Assembly: GCA_024704765.1 (NCBI GenBank)
Contig: JAKMXF010000302.1
Location: 372,001 to 436,000, forward strand
Direction of reading: 5' to 3'
Origin: Oopsacas minuta
Taxonomy: Eukaryota > Animalia > Porifera
Length of the DNA: 64,000 nt
In this document: in pieces, positions 1-12,887 of the stretch
How the letters are laid out: every line of letters begins with the position of its first letter
Numbering within the stretch: position 1 is the stretch's first letter
The notes under the pieces: generated by a model
What the model saw: the letters and a program-made list of their open reading frames with translations, nothing else
Database searches by the model: none
What the model was told of the DNA's origin: nothing
Translations under genes and position numbers: made by a program

Positions 1-270
1 CATAAGAATTTATAAGATATGATATTACAAAATTCTAAATTTACTTACATTTGTCCTGTAGACTTTCACTGAATTTGCTAATAGTCAAATGATTGAGTAT
101 TAATTATTATATGCAAAATAGCCTTTTTATTGCATAAATGTTATTGCATGGTTTGTAATCAAAATCAGTTTCAACTGAATACAAGAATACGAATATTGCT
201 CAATTTGTGGTGGGACTTTACCAACTTGTGATTTCAAGTTTCTAAGCAGATAATTACTCTCGTATACAAT

Positions 271-477
271 TTACTGGGAGATAGCCCCTCTTAGCTGACT
301 ATACAAGTAATTGAATTCATTTTTCTGTTGTTCTCTTTTCATGAGCTCCAGCCTCAAGTATTTTTTGTGTGGAAAAGAAATTCTTAATACCGAGCCAATT
401 AAGACAACACTATTCCATTCATTTGCTGAAATATTCAATGAACTTTGACCTGCCAAGCAAGTTATCATATCATTCAT
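271..477 (-). CDS. Possible exon of an unidentified gene running off the left edge
   Basis: 68-aa ATG ORF; a further minus-strand donor-like GTAAGT near position 47 suggests more exons. No recognisable domain and I could not make the phases fit. Confidence 0.25.
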   Translation of the reverse strand: MNDMITCLAGQSSLNISANEWNSVVLIGSVLRISFPHKKYLRLELMKREQQKNEFNYLYSQLRGAISQ

Positions 478-587
478 CTCATTTGGTACAATTAAAATAG
501 AACATTTTATTATTGTTATTATTTACTTACAAATTAATTACATGCATTCAAATCCATAAAAACATTTCAAATAATTAAATAATTATT

Positions 588-3189
588 TCAGTCAAATACA
601 GAATTACGCATAAACTGCATAAACCTCGCTCTATAGAGATAAGGCTGTACTGACGAGATATTTTCTTCTTTAAGAAATCTGATCTTCGTTTTGATGAGAG
701 TTTCTATTTTTTTCTCGATATTATATGGTTGTAGCATATCTATAATGCCAATGTAGAGGAAACAAGATTCTTTTTCGTGTGTCTCTACATTACTAGGTCT
801 CCTGGTAAGAATCTTATCAGCTGGTACCTTGAAGTACCCCTTCCTGAACTGGCTAAACAGGCTCTGAGCTGGGTTTATGATAGGACTAGTAAAAGGTGTA
901 ATACTCGAGGGTGCATGCTCCCTTCGAGCACCATTCCTATACCAATGTAGATTCTGTGGATTGTAATTTACCCATTGGAAACTTGAGTCCACATCTTCTG
1001 GTAAGCTTTGTTCAGATTCGTTAAATATATTATTTTGCATGCTTGTGCTGTATCCAGTATTCTCACCCTCGCTTGTTGCAGTAACTCCAACCAGCAAACT
1101 GTAGTCCATCGCTCCTAGAGACATGTATATATACTTAGATTAATATTTTTCCTATACAATTCATATTCGTGCACTTACCGTGAGTTTGGAGGAATTCTGT
1201 ATCGAGCTCCAACTGACTTAATAAACATTTTTTCGTAGAGATATCCTTAAATTTGAAATAACTATCCATATCCAAATCTTTCATAGTTTTATTCCTTGGT
1301 CTCCCCATACCTCGTTTTACGGTCTGTCTGTTTGTGACAGATCCTTTCAGATCATACCTTTCCTTCAGTATCAACCCTTCTTCGAGATAGAACACATTCT
1401 CCATTATCACTACCATAATGAACTCCTGTTCACTCATGAATCTCAACTTTACCAAGCCATAATATCTTGTCAGTAAAGAATTTGGGTTATCCTTCAGATA
1501 ACGATAATATGGATCTAGATTTCTAATCATGAAATTTAATTCTACGGTGTTGATGGTCTTTACGATGTATTTTTTGTCATATGAGAAGAAGAAGAAACTC
1601 CCACTCTTCCCTTCTGTAAACTTTTCCATCATTGCTGCAGTCTCATTGTCTTGCAGTGGAAAAGATTTCATGAATTCTCCTTCATCTATTCCTCTCAAAT
1701 CTCTCAGGTTTTTGAAGACAAGAGGTGAAAAGTTAATAAACTCAAACTTATGGTACATGAAGGGTGCTGGTATTTGTAGTGTCCTAATTTCGTGTCTCTT
1801 CATGCTCATTGATTTCTGTATGACCTGATCTATTGTTATCTAACATGCAAATTATAATAATAAAATCCGCTAAAGTTTTAAATAAATATATTGACTTACA
1901 TGATGTTGGAAAGTACCATGACTATCACCGGCTATTTGTGACTGTGCAGTTTTCGCAGAATCCAGAATAGAATAGTTTATACAAACAACTGTAAGTCTTC
2001 TCAACTCGCTATTAAACATGTACTCTACCAATGCCTCATTCTCAGAGTTGATTAGAGTACTCCGCTCGTCGCTGCCTGTACGTGTTTTGCCCTGGGTGCT
2101 TGATGTAGAACGACTTTTCCTACCAATTTCTCCTGTCCTATTCCTTGCTCTTGTGTTTACCTTGTTCTCCATTGCGAACTTATTTTTACGTGCAGTTCGA
2201 TTTTTAGTATAAATGGGATACACCCATGCAACTAGTATTATACATCCTCTGGTTGAGTGTAGAAGAGAATAGATATAAGTTAGCGCTACTTGGAAATATT
2301 CAATTGCTCCAATTGCTCCATCATGGTAGAATCCGAAAGATTGCTCGGCCTCATTTCTCAGGACATAAATGAGTATTAAATCGATTATCCATATTACTAA
2401 TGCAACAACCCATTCTACTCCCAATCCAAATAACATCCCTAGACTTAATTTCGCTATATTACCCTTGAAATCTGGACTGAAAAGTGCGACTTTCTTCATG
2501 ATATAAAGCACTCGAATTGTTATAACCAATCCAAAGCAAAACATCACGGAGGTAGGCAGGAAATATATTAAAATAGAAGTTATAGTGTAAGATGTTAGGT
2601 CAGCTACATTCACCCAGCAGAAGAAGAACATTGACATTCCATACGGTTGCCATTCAGTCAATGGTAAAATAGTGAATAGGATAGTTATTACTAAGCTAGG
2701 TATCCATACAGCCGTATGATAGTACTTAATATATGACCCGTGTAGTCGAAATGGACGCCTTACAGCCAGCAACAAATCAACTGCAAAAATAATGTTCCAA
2801 GTATACCCTGATAACATACCAAATTCTATAGCAGCTGAATAAGGTTGGCAAGCGTACTGAAATACTCTCAATTCCTCTTTAAACAGCTGATCATAAGATG
2901 CATGACGACAGAAGAACACAACATGAGCTGTACTTACTATTAAATCTGAAAAGACTCGACCCACAACTAAACTAGCTGGATGCTTGCGTAAAGGTTTATC
3001 TATCAGCAAAAATGTAATAGTAGCAAATAAACTGACCATGCTGAATAAGCTACCGATGAAGTAGATCAACGTAAAATACCTATAACTATCTTCATTGAAG
3101 AGGTCTCCTAGTGTAGAGTTTAGTTTTATTTTATGGCTAACATTGAAAGGGATTGATGGAATTCCTTCTCCAAACTTGATTATATTCAT
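588..3189 (-). CDS. GPCR-PIP kinase fusion (7TM receptor-like domain + phosphatidylinositol phosphate kinase), 3 exons
   Basis: Exon 1 (3189-1900) has ~7 hydrophobic helices. Intron 1899-1840 (GTAAGT..TTAG, phase 0) joins in frame to exon 2 (1839-1179) with GKSGSFFFFSYD, YIVKT, RYDLKGS, KDLD. Intron 1178-1115 (GTAAGT..CTAG, phase 1) joins to exon 3 (1114-588) with MDYSLLVGV and GIIDMLQPY. Confidence 0.9.
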
Positions 3190-3382
3190 ATCCTCTCAAT
3201 ATTCCTTACCTTTTTATCCAAAATTGTTTTTATCTCGAGTTCATCCGCTAAAATGACCTGTACTAACTTAAATTATCACTCAAGCCTATTAATATTTATG
3301 GCTATGGCATTAGCTAATATCATATTTCTTAAAAGGAAATGTATATCATTAGTCTATATTATCTAACCCTTCTTTGCAATAG

Positions 3383-3877
3383 ACGTCCCTCTCAGAGGGG
3401 ACAACATCGAGAGAAGCAGGAAGTTCTGGATCTTCAACTACACGAATAGATGAAGAGGGAGGAGATAATGGTACCATGCAGGTTATGTACCATGACGTCA
3501 CAACATGGACACACGAACCTGAGCATACCAGATCTCTCGTTATAGGCAAGTTTCTTTCAAAACAGACTTACTAACCTAGATTTATGTTCTTATAATCTTT
3601 CTAGCAATTAAACAACCAGTTGGATTTGATACATCTGTTATTTTGAATATTTCAGTTCAAGATAATTGCTATACAATTGAATTTCCTTTGTTACCTGGCT
3701 CAGACCCGATTGAAGCAAATTACTGTATGTTCTCTATACCAGAGCCTAACGGAGAATTACTGCAAATGGAGACTGAAATTCGTAACCAATCACTAACGAG
3801 GTTAATTTGTGATATTTTAATTATTAATATCTTAAGTATTTATGTAAAATTAAAGAGATTATTTTCTTCTAACGTAA
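3383..3877 (+). CDS. Small uncharacterised spliced ORF; 5' end unresolved
   Basis: Open frames 3383-3545, 3605-3800 and 3856-3877 are phase-compatible via a GC-AG intron (3546-3604, AG|GCAAGT) and a GT-AG intron (3801-3855). No known domain. Confidence 0.3.
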
Positions 3878-4032
3878 ACAACTTATCCGATAACATTACA
3901 TGTTGTGTTACATGATTTGTCTCCATTTACGCGAATGTACTTTCTATTGTACCATGAGGTCAGATATCATAGTAATCTCATCTTTGTTCACGGCATACAC
4001 TAGTGCATTATATCATCTACAGCTAAAGTAAA

Positions 4033-4656
4033 ATGGAAATAAAACGTAAAATTTCTCTGCAACAAGCAAGTAAAACTGACAATACTCCTTTAATTCAACA
4101 CATTTTAACAATTTCTACGTCTGATATTGACAACCAAGATTCTGAAGGCAGTACTGCATTACACTATGCTGTTTCAAATTCTAATTTGAAATTAGTGGAA
4201 TTTTTGCTCAAGAAAGGAGCTGATCCAAATCTACGAACAGTAACCGATCTCAAAACACCATTACATCTTGCAATTGATATTCACCAATCTTACTATGCCT
4301 CTCCATCTCTGGAGCAGAGTAAAATAATCCGTATGACTCAACAAAAACATATTATGATACTCTTACTTGAGCACGATGCTTACCCTTTCTTCTCTGATAT
4401 AAATGGAGCAACTTTCTCAGCTTTACTCAATAAATTTTACAAATTGAATGAATTATTTCTTAAATTTCCATCACTCTTACCTCCAACCAAATTAAGAACT
4501 CTTGCAGCGCAGAAGATCATTACCAGTGAGCTCTTAGAAAAAATAACCCCTCTCATTCCAAAGAAACTTAGGAATTTCATTACATTCCATATGCCCATTT
4601 CTGAAACCCCGAAAATTATCTTTACAGAAATGACCTCTGCTAGTTATGTGCATTAG
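4033..4656 (+). CDS. Ankyrin-repeat protein with C-terminal SOCS-box-like motif (ASB-like)
   Basis: Ankyrin motifs GSTALHYAVSNSNLKLVEFLLKKGADPN and KTPLHLAID; C-terminal PTKLRTLAAQKII...IPKKLRNFI resembles a BC-box/cullin box. Confidence 0.75.
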   Translation: MEIKRKISLQQASKTDNTPLIQHILTISTSDIDNQDSEGSTALHYAVSNSNLKLVEFLLKKGADPNLRTVTDLKTPLHLAIDIHQSYYASPSLEQSKIIRMTQQKHIMILLLEHDAYPFFSDINGATFSALLNKFYKLNELFLKFPSLLPPTKLRTLAAQKIITSELLEKITPLIPKKLRNFITFHMPISETPKIIFTEMTSASYVH

Positions 4657-4883
4657 TGTGTCTAATATGTGAATTATTTGCACCCACTATGACTATTGTT
4701 TCTATGTTTACCTTTAGAATTGTCAAATTATTTTTTCTTTTATTGGCTTTGTATTGTTTAAGATGGATGCAAATGGACAATTAATTACATATTTTAAAAT
4801 AAACCTTCTCACTTAATTTGATCATTTTATTGGGTAATTTGTGTTTTAGATTATTTAGGTTATTTCAAAATTCTGTTTTTCAG

Positions 4884-6539
4884 GTTTAGAAATAAAGATG
4901 ATTCTGTTGGAACTTTATCACTCAATATTGCAATTCATCCTGAGTCCTTAGAGAATGATATTATATCTATATTACATCTTCCTCTCCAAGATTTGTTAGC
5001 CTCAGAGCAGAATACGCAACCAAAAGATACTTCTAACATAGTTGTTACAAACACTGAATTATCATTAGATGATATTATCCATGGTGAGGCTGGTGCTGAT
5101 TTATTGAAAACTACATGAAAATTTTCCATATCATTTTGGCTAAATTTATATCAGTCGTCCTGTTAGGTAGTTTTCTTACATAACAACCATATGCTCCAAG
5201 AGTAATGTAGAAAACAAAATTTCTCCTAGCTGAAGTTACACATCATAAAAATACTCACCGCAACTGCCGCTGATTAATAAGTAATTTCCTTTATTATATA
5301 TTTTGAGTAGGAGCTGAATTTACATCTGCGGAAACTGTAACCCACTCGCTTAACCAACATACAACAGAGGTTAGACAGGTTTTGTCTGGCAATTGGAAAA
5401 ATTTCAATTTAAAACCGTTAGACTCTGAGACTGTAAAATCTCGAGCCAGTATACTCTTGTCTTATTGTTGGTTGAATGTGAAGAGAGAGTTTATCAAGGA
5501 AGCGACTACAGCAACTAACCAAATGGAAGAAATTCTTGAAGAAATGGGATACATTTCTAAGTTAGAATCTGATTCTTTGAGAGAAGAAGAGATCAGAAAG
5601 CTCCAAGATACACACACACAGGAAATAGATAGCTTAAAGTTAGATGCAGAAAAAGGTTAGAAAACCGCGTTATAGTATGCATGTATTTTAAACAAAATTC
5701 TGTTTGCAGAAGCTGCTGCAGTTAGTGAAGAACAAATGGAACAATTAGATTATTTAAAATCGAGCAATACTAACTTCCAAAATGAAATATTACAGTTAGC
5801 TTCAAAACTTAAGACTCAACAAGAAATGTATGAATCTAAATTAGAACAACTTCTAGAGAGCTTAAACACAGAACGATCTAGACAGACAGCCTCCAAGCCA
5901 GATGATAAACTCCCTCATTTAGATAAATCAACATCTCCTCTAATTAGTACCTCTAACCTCCAATATATAGAGACATCTCATAAAAAACCGCTTGTAGTAA
6001 CTTATCCAAATCCTAATTGGGAAGAGATGGTAAGAGGGAATTTCTTAGAGCGATTAGAAATATTCTCTGATTACATGATAAAGAAACAAACTCATCTCCG
6101 TGATAAAATACGTACTCAAGTTAGTCGCGGAATTGAGATGCAATTAGCTACACAGCATAGGCTAGCTCCTATTAACACATTTAAATCTTATTACGATGTA
6201 TGTGATGACATTTCTCTGCCTTCTATATTCATGCCAACACAATGTAGTAAGCATTTAGCATATACTCCTCGAGCTAGAGCATACTTCCATCCTTTTGGTA
6301 CCAAATCAACTCGTATTTGTCAGCCCCCTACAATATTTAAGCTATCTCATAGTCATATCCCGTCAATTAATCTGTACGCACTCAGTGAGAATTATTCAAG
6401 TCGTATGGGGGAGTGGCAAACACAAGAGGATAGGGAACACCCTAATAGTGTACTCGTTGCTTATAAATCGGAAACACCAGCTCCACCCCCAAGCACATCT
6501 ATGTCATTTAGAGCCTCAACAGCATCTAGCGTAGCATAA
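4884..6539 (+). CDS. Uncharacterised multi-exon coiled-coil protein; 5' structure uncertain
   Basis: Long ORFs 5382-5660 and 5736-6539 with E/Q/K/L-rich helical content; donor AAAG|GTTAGA near 5656 and acceptor TTTGCAG near 5709. Family not recognised. Confidence 0.55.
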
Positions 6540-7085
6540 CAATTAAACACTAACTATTTCTTTATTATATTACTTATTTATTATATTGTATCTTTTTAAT
6601 AAATATTTGACGTCACTCTTCAATAATATTATAGCACCAAACTGGTAGAAATTTGTGAAATTCATAACAAGCTTTCCGCTTTCCTATACATAAAGTTTAT
6701 AATGTTACTCTCTGTAGATAGTGTCAGAATAATATATATATCATAGTGTGATGGGTCAACATCCCACTTCATAATTATTCTTTGTTCCCATTGATTACCC
6801 CTTATAAGGTCATATATTGGACAATAGCTATTATAACACAGCTCTGCTATTCATTGATGGGGATTCAATTACACTAATTTCTCAATGTTATTATTATATG
6901 TATTTCATCCACGGTGGTGCTATTATCCTATTCAATAATAATGTGAAGCTACAACATTAGAGTCCTATAAAACAGTATATAAATGCTAGTGACAGCAAGG
7001 CGTGTAGAATAATATATTTACAAAAGTTAACAACTAAATCTTTGCTAATACTTCATTCTAATTTTGTTTGGAATATTGGAGGATA

Positions 7086-10000
7086 ATGTCAAAACCTAGA
7101 CAAGTTTGGTAAGTTTTAAATCCAACATGATAGAGTTTATTTTGTTCGTGTTGATTATGCAGTGATTTATATAGTTTGAACGGCACTCGGCTTAACGACG
7201 AATACTTGATGGGGAATGCAATTGGGAAAGGAGGATTTGGAACAGTTTACGAGGCTTTTAGTACATCTAAACCTGAATTGAAGGTATATACAATATTAAC
7301 AATCTACATATATATCTATTTATTGGCTGATGCCTTTACTATTGTTTATTATTTAGAGTTAAACGAATAATTTCTATAACTTTTTGAACATCTAATAGTT
7401 TGCAAATATTTACAATAAGTTCAATGCTATATACAATTATATTATTACGATTTTGCCTTGCTTACCATATAATAATTTAATTAACTTCACATCACAATTA
7501 GTAATGCTATTATCATTACAATTTTTGATAATTATTAATTATTCCATGATGTGAATAACGTAATATGGTTAACATATATCCATAATATAGAGATGCAGTT
7601 GACGTGAAAATATTGCAGTTATTTGTCTTAACATAATGTGATTCCACAGATTCATTTTGACACCGTTATTCATTGTGTCATAAGACAGGTTTCATGTAAC
7701 CTGAATGAAGTAAACTGTCATGACAGAATACTTTTAGCGATTCTCAGATTTAATTGAATAATAATTCTGCGATCATCGGTATAACTGATGATCAACCGGA
7801 TTGAGTTTGAGGATTTTTCAGCGATAGTACAACATTGGTAGGATTGAGATTATATATAGACTATAATTGGTAGAGTGAGGTTATATATAGACTATAATTG
7901 GTAGAGTGAGGTTATAATTGGTAGAGTGAAGTTTTAAGAAGATCTATATACGATAAAAGTAAAAGCTATTTCGTATATAATTACGTATTAGAACTATAAG
8001 AAAGATGACCGAGACAAAATAATGTTCCAAACTTCTTACTAATTTTGAATATGTTAACACCTACTGCGTACATAACAATAGAGTAGTCAGCTGAATTCGA
8101 TCACTGAGATAGCTCTACAATTACACAAATGTTAATTATGGGTGAAACACAGGTTGATGCTTACTTTTATTTCTGTTAACAAAAATGACGATTGAGCATT
8201 TTAATTCGTTAGCTGAGTGTATATTTGCTACGAATAGAAATTTTATTATTTGCTTGAGTCTTGAGATCATTGAATTGCGTTTATGAAACGCTAATGTTGC
8301 AATATTTTAGCAAATATCCTACGTGTGTAAAGAGATGTAATTGAGTGTTGAACTTCCTAAGATAGTAAACTGTCAATTCCTCAATTATATTAATTACAAT
8401 CCACCTGGTGGAATTGATCCAACATTTCAAAAGACTTTAAACTTTGATTTCTTTCAATTATATCTAGCGCTACAGAGCTTATTTTACGCTAAAAATTCGC
8501 GAATTGGGTCTTAATTAGTGTTTAATTAGTCTTTTATATTTGAACTTTGCCAACCATCCGCAAAATCCTTTTTGATTAGTTCATTTCATTTGTATAATTG
8601 CCTAATTAAATAGTTCATTACTTTCAATTGCATTTATTCTCCTAACGTGGCTGACGGTTATATCCATCATCCACATAATCTTGTTTAAAAATAATGACCA
8701 ATACTTTAGTAAAATTTTATTCTTAATAATTTCTGTTTGAAAAATCATTTTCTCTAGATCGCTGTCAAAGCTATACCAAAGAAATCAATACATCATTGGG
8801 ATAAGGTAGAGTATATTAGATAATTGGATTGTCGCCTTAGGACCTTATGGATGAACTTTGCTTTTTTAACAGCTAATCCGTTTATGACATCCTTAGCAAG
8901 TCAATTAAAGTTACCATCATTGTACAATCAGCTGTCCATACGATACCCTTCTTCCAAATTAACCAGAAACTCATATTTTGTTGAGAAATCAATAAATAGC
9001 ACTTATTACAAATCATTGATTAAATTCTAATTTTAACCTTAATTACATAGTTTTACGATGATTTTGTTAAAAACTGTTTTTCATTTGTTAGATTGACTCA
9101 GAAACGCTTCCAATGGAAGTTTTATTACTTGAAAAGCTTAATCACAGAAATATTATTAAACTAGTCGAAACCTTTGAAGAGGAAGACATGTTTTATATGG
9201 TGATGGAAAGACCGAATGGCAAACACATTGACTTGTTTGATATGATTACACAAGAGGGATGTCTTGACGAAAAGAGAAGTCGTGAAATACTGTATCAATT
9301 GGTACATGCTTTAAAACATTGTCAAGACAATGGAGTATTCCATCGTGATGTTAAAGATGAAAATATTCTCGTTGACCTAGATTCAGGCGAAATCAAGCTG
9401 ATAGACTTTGGATCTGGTACTTATTTTTCAAATCAACCATTCCTTTCATTTGAAGGTAGTTTTCTATTTGGTATAACTTTAATTATATTTAATTACCAAT
9501 TAAATTAGCAGTTAATTCAAACAATTGATCACTGATTACTTTCTAGGTACTCGTGTATACTGTCCACCTGAATGGATCACAAAGCGCTCCTACCACGCTG
9601 AGCCTGCCACCGTCTGGTCGTTGGGTATTCTACTCTTTGATATGTTAGAAGGTGATATACCATTTGATAAGGACTGTGATATTGCACTTGCTAATCTAAC
9701 CTTTTCAAAGTCCAGCTCTAAAGGTAAGAATTACCCTTTCTTGTGTTATTGCTAATACAAATAATATGAATAATTTATCTGAAAACACATCGACATGAAC
9801 TCTATCCAAACTTTTTTTCTTGCATCTGCAATTGAGTCACGAACATACATTATTCCATCCTCCTCAAGTTGTTGTTGTAATACATTTCCTACGCTTCCTT
9901 CTGTTGCTTTGAATTACTTCTAATAATACATTATTCAATTAATTAATGATACGTTATACCATAGGGAGGGACTAAAATTTTTGAAGTAGTATTGCTGACA

Positions 10001-10733
10001 TATATTTTGATAGTCAGCGGTTTTTTGTTAAGTAGACATCACTAAACTAAATAATATTTGATGAATTATATCATCAACAGATGCTGAGGATTTGATTAGA
10101 AAGATGCTCTCATTATCTCCAGACAGCAGACCTAGCTTAGACCAGATTTTGCGTCATCCTTTTATGAAACACCATTCTTCTCAGCAAAAACACAAACAGC
10201 AACTTCCAAAAGCAATTGTTTTGAAAGCTTCCTCACTGATAAACCTTAGCGTGTGTATACCTACAACATCTAAAACGCCTCTATATCAACAGGCACGAGT
10301 TAACCTCCTCGCAATCAATAAAGCAGATAAACCGAAGATTATTCATCTTGACACAGTCGCTACAACAGAATCAATAACAGCTAAACCTGTAGAAATGAAA
10401 GCTTCATTACCTAATACTGTACAAGAACTACATAAATGTAAAGTTATATCACAGAACCAACCCAACTCTGGAAATGCTGTGTTAACAAGAACATCATTCG
10501 TATTGAAGAATAAAAGGAATATTGACTCAAATTTTTCATACAAAAGATCCTACAACAATATTATTGAAGTGACAGATTCAAAAGGCAAACAAGATTTGAA
10601 AGTTAAATTGGAACGAGTAACATTATCCTCACGACAAACAGCTATAAAAGAACAACAGCAACAATTGAAACGGGAAGTACCTGAAAAACTCAATAATCAC
10701 CCTTATATTGTTGGGCTAGCTGGGAGAAGATAA
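7086..10733 (+). CDS. PIM: PIM-family Ser/Thr protein kinase, 6 exons
   Basis: Phase-consistent exons give GKGGFGTVY, IAVK, hinge MERP..DLFD (PIM-type hinge Pro), HRDVKDENIL, DFGSG, GTRVYCPPEW, ATVWSLGILLFDM, RPSLDQILRHP, then a ~190-aa low-complexity tail. Confidence 0.9.
7836..7931. repeat. Intronic minisatellite, ~31-nt unit, about 3 copies
   Basis: actataattggtagagtgaggttatatatag repeated in tandem in PIM intron 2. Confidence 0.8.
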
Positions 10734-11490
10734 GTATATTTCTCCTAAAAAGCATTTATGTGAAATTTATTTGTATATATATATATAGTACGCAAGAATA
10801 TTTAAATCCTTTCAGATACAAAATCTGTACACAGCCTTGAACTCTCTTAGCAAATCAACAAGCACATATTCCGAGATTTTTATCGTCTTTATTAAACAAC
10901 TTCATTCAGAATATCTGTAATATCCTATTCACAATTCAACGATTTCAAGATAAGCAGACTCTTGAACATATTAATTACACTTGGAATTATTATATGAATT
11001 CAGAATAGCACACATTATGTACTGTCAATTTATTAACTAATTAGAAATACTTCACGTATTTCCTTATTCTCTATACATAACAGGACTTTAATTATTAACT
11101 GAACTCTGTTCAGGGAAATTACCACTTTCTTTATTTTTCATAAACCCTTGTTCAAAATGTTTAAAAGGTGTTAAATAGATCTAATAAAGTCTAAGTCAGG
11201 TGTAATAAGACAAAAGGATATATTATAATCTACTAGTAGAGAACACAACAGTATTATCAGCTGTTTCAATGTTCGCATAGAGAACAAACAATTATTACCT
11301 ATATTTCTTGCTTTATGAATGCAAGGCTTTCCTGATTAATATTTCTCAAATTAGTACAAAATCTGCTTAACATATTCTCTAAACCACAAAAACTGCAATA
11401 TCTGAAAAAGGAGATTGAACGTATTTTCAATTTGGACTCGTAAGATTTGTTTTTAACTAGTACTGTATTAGCAATTACTATATATCAAGA

Positions 11491-12594
11491 ATGTATCAAG
11501 GAAGCAATCCTAGCAATAACAAATTGGGCTTATTGCCTGCACCAACATTTGGAGGGTCAAGTAAGAAACGTGTTAGGGAATCCATGTTTCCTCTAAACAC
11601 ACCCACATACGATATAATTCCTCCAAGCGGTATGTTACCGAATAATTTTCCACCTCCTCCTTCTGTCCCACAGCCTCCATCAGTCCGTTTAGGCTTCAAT
11701 TCTTATGAGCAGCAACAAAAACGTGTTCGATTTAACAACGATCTAAACTCACCAGCTATACCCCAAGGTTACAGTTATGGGAATTTGTTACGTAATCCTG
11801 ATCCATTTCCACAGGATTATTATCAGCATAATAACTATATTCTACAAGAACCTATGAATCAGATGCCGCAACCAAACTATTATAATACAAATCAACCAAA
11901 TATGCAATACCCGGTCACTTCACTATACAATCAAGCACAACAGTACAGCATAATGCCACAATCAAGTAATACATGTTCTAGTTATATGTTAAATACGTCA
12001 CATCCTTATGCTTATGATGCACAACTGAAAGAGAACGCTGATCCGAATATCCCTAAGATTCCAATTATTCCTCAACCCCTCCCACATAGCTCACGTGTTA
12101 CTCCCCCTAAATCTAATGACACAGCCCCTTATTCTGAAACAAGAGAAAATAGAAGCCACCAGCTTAGCCGGGGATTACAACTTATCACAGTCAATCCGGA
12201 AGCTATATCTAGATGGCTTCAACTATTGGAGAGTTTTAATATATTATTCGAGATATTCGCTAACTGCATACAAGAACCTGTTCCCTTCTCTTTAACAGGT
12301 AAAGTTACTGAACAACCACCCGCTAAACTTTTCTATCTCAAAAACCCTCACTCCAAGGAAGCTTCTAACTACACACAACTAAAATGCATTTATTGGGAAA
12401 TTGAGAACCCATTACTCCCTATACAACTAGATAAGGTATATAGAATTATTGGATCTTTTGATGTTAAGAATTCTTACTTAAAAGTGTTTGATATCAGGGC
12501 AGCTAAAATCGATGAAATTGCACACTGGCCTGTGCTAGTAGCACGTTCTAACCGTCTAATTAGAAAAATGCCGATCTCTCAAAACGAAATATAA
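11491..12594 (+). CDS. SPATA22: SPATA22-like meiotic recombination protein, intronless
   Basis: N-terminal LPAPTF...KKRVR, P/Q/N/Y-rich disordered middle, C-terminal OB-fold-like LFEIFA...LKCIYWEIENPLLPIQLDKVYRIIGSFD...IRAAKIDE resembling SPATA22 as recalled (LFEVLA...LPCVFYEIDRELPRL...HRCVGNYD...VRPA). Confidence 0.8.
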   Translation: MYQGSNPSNNKLGLLPAPTFGGSSKKRVRESMFPLNTPTYDIIPPSGMLPNNFPPPPSVPQPPSVRLGFNSYEQQQKRVRFNNDLNSPAIPQGYSYGNLLRNPDPFPQDYYQHNNYILQEPMNQMPQPNYYNTNQPNMQYPVTSLYNQAQQYSIMPQSSNTCSSYMLNTSHPYAYDAQLKENADPNIPKIPIIPQPLPHSSRVTPPKSNDTAPYSETRENRSHQLSRGLQLITVNPEAISRWLQLLESFNILFEIFANCIQEPVPFSLTGKVTEQPPAKLFYLKNPHSKEASNYTQLKCIYWEIENPLLPIQLDKVYRIIGSFDVKNSYLKVFDIRAAKIDEIAHWPVLVARSNRLIRKMPISQNEI

Positions 12595-12887
12595 TTGAGT
12601 TATTGATTATGTAATTTATTCCTATATGGGAATTAGTTCAGCTCTCATAATAAGTGTATATAATCCGTTCATTTAAATATTGTTCCCATTCAATTGTATC
12701 TCAGAACTGGTTTTATCTCAATACTGTTATTCCTCAATAGTTATGTACTGTATGAATATTAATATGTAATTATTCGATATTTATAATTCTAGCTTATTAT
12801 GGGGGATACTGCGAAATTAGTCACTTGGATTGCACTTTACTGTAGACGAGTTTACAAATGAACATGAATACATTGAAAGTGAGAAAT

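Noticed and set aside
1529-2212. Plus-strand ORFs 1529-1828 and 2018-2212
   Set aside because: Antisense shadows of the GPCR-PIPK exons with no motifs.
3349-3549. Minus-strand 66-aa ORF
   Set aside because: The plus-strand frame fits splice signals better; no domain.
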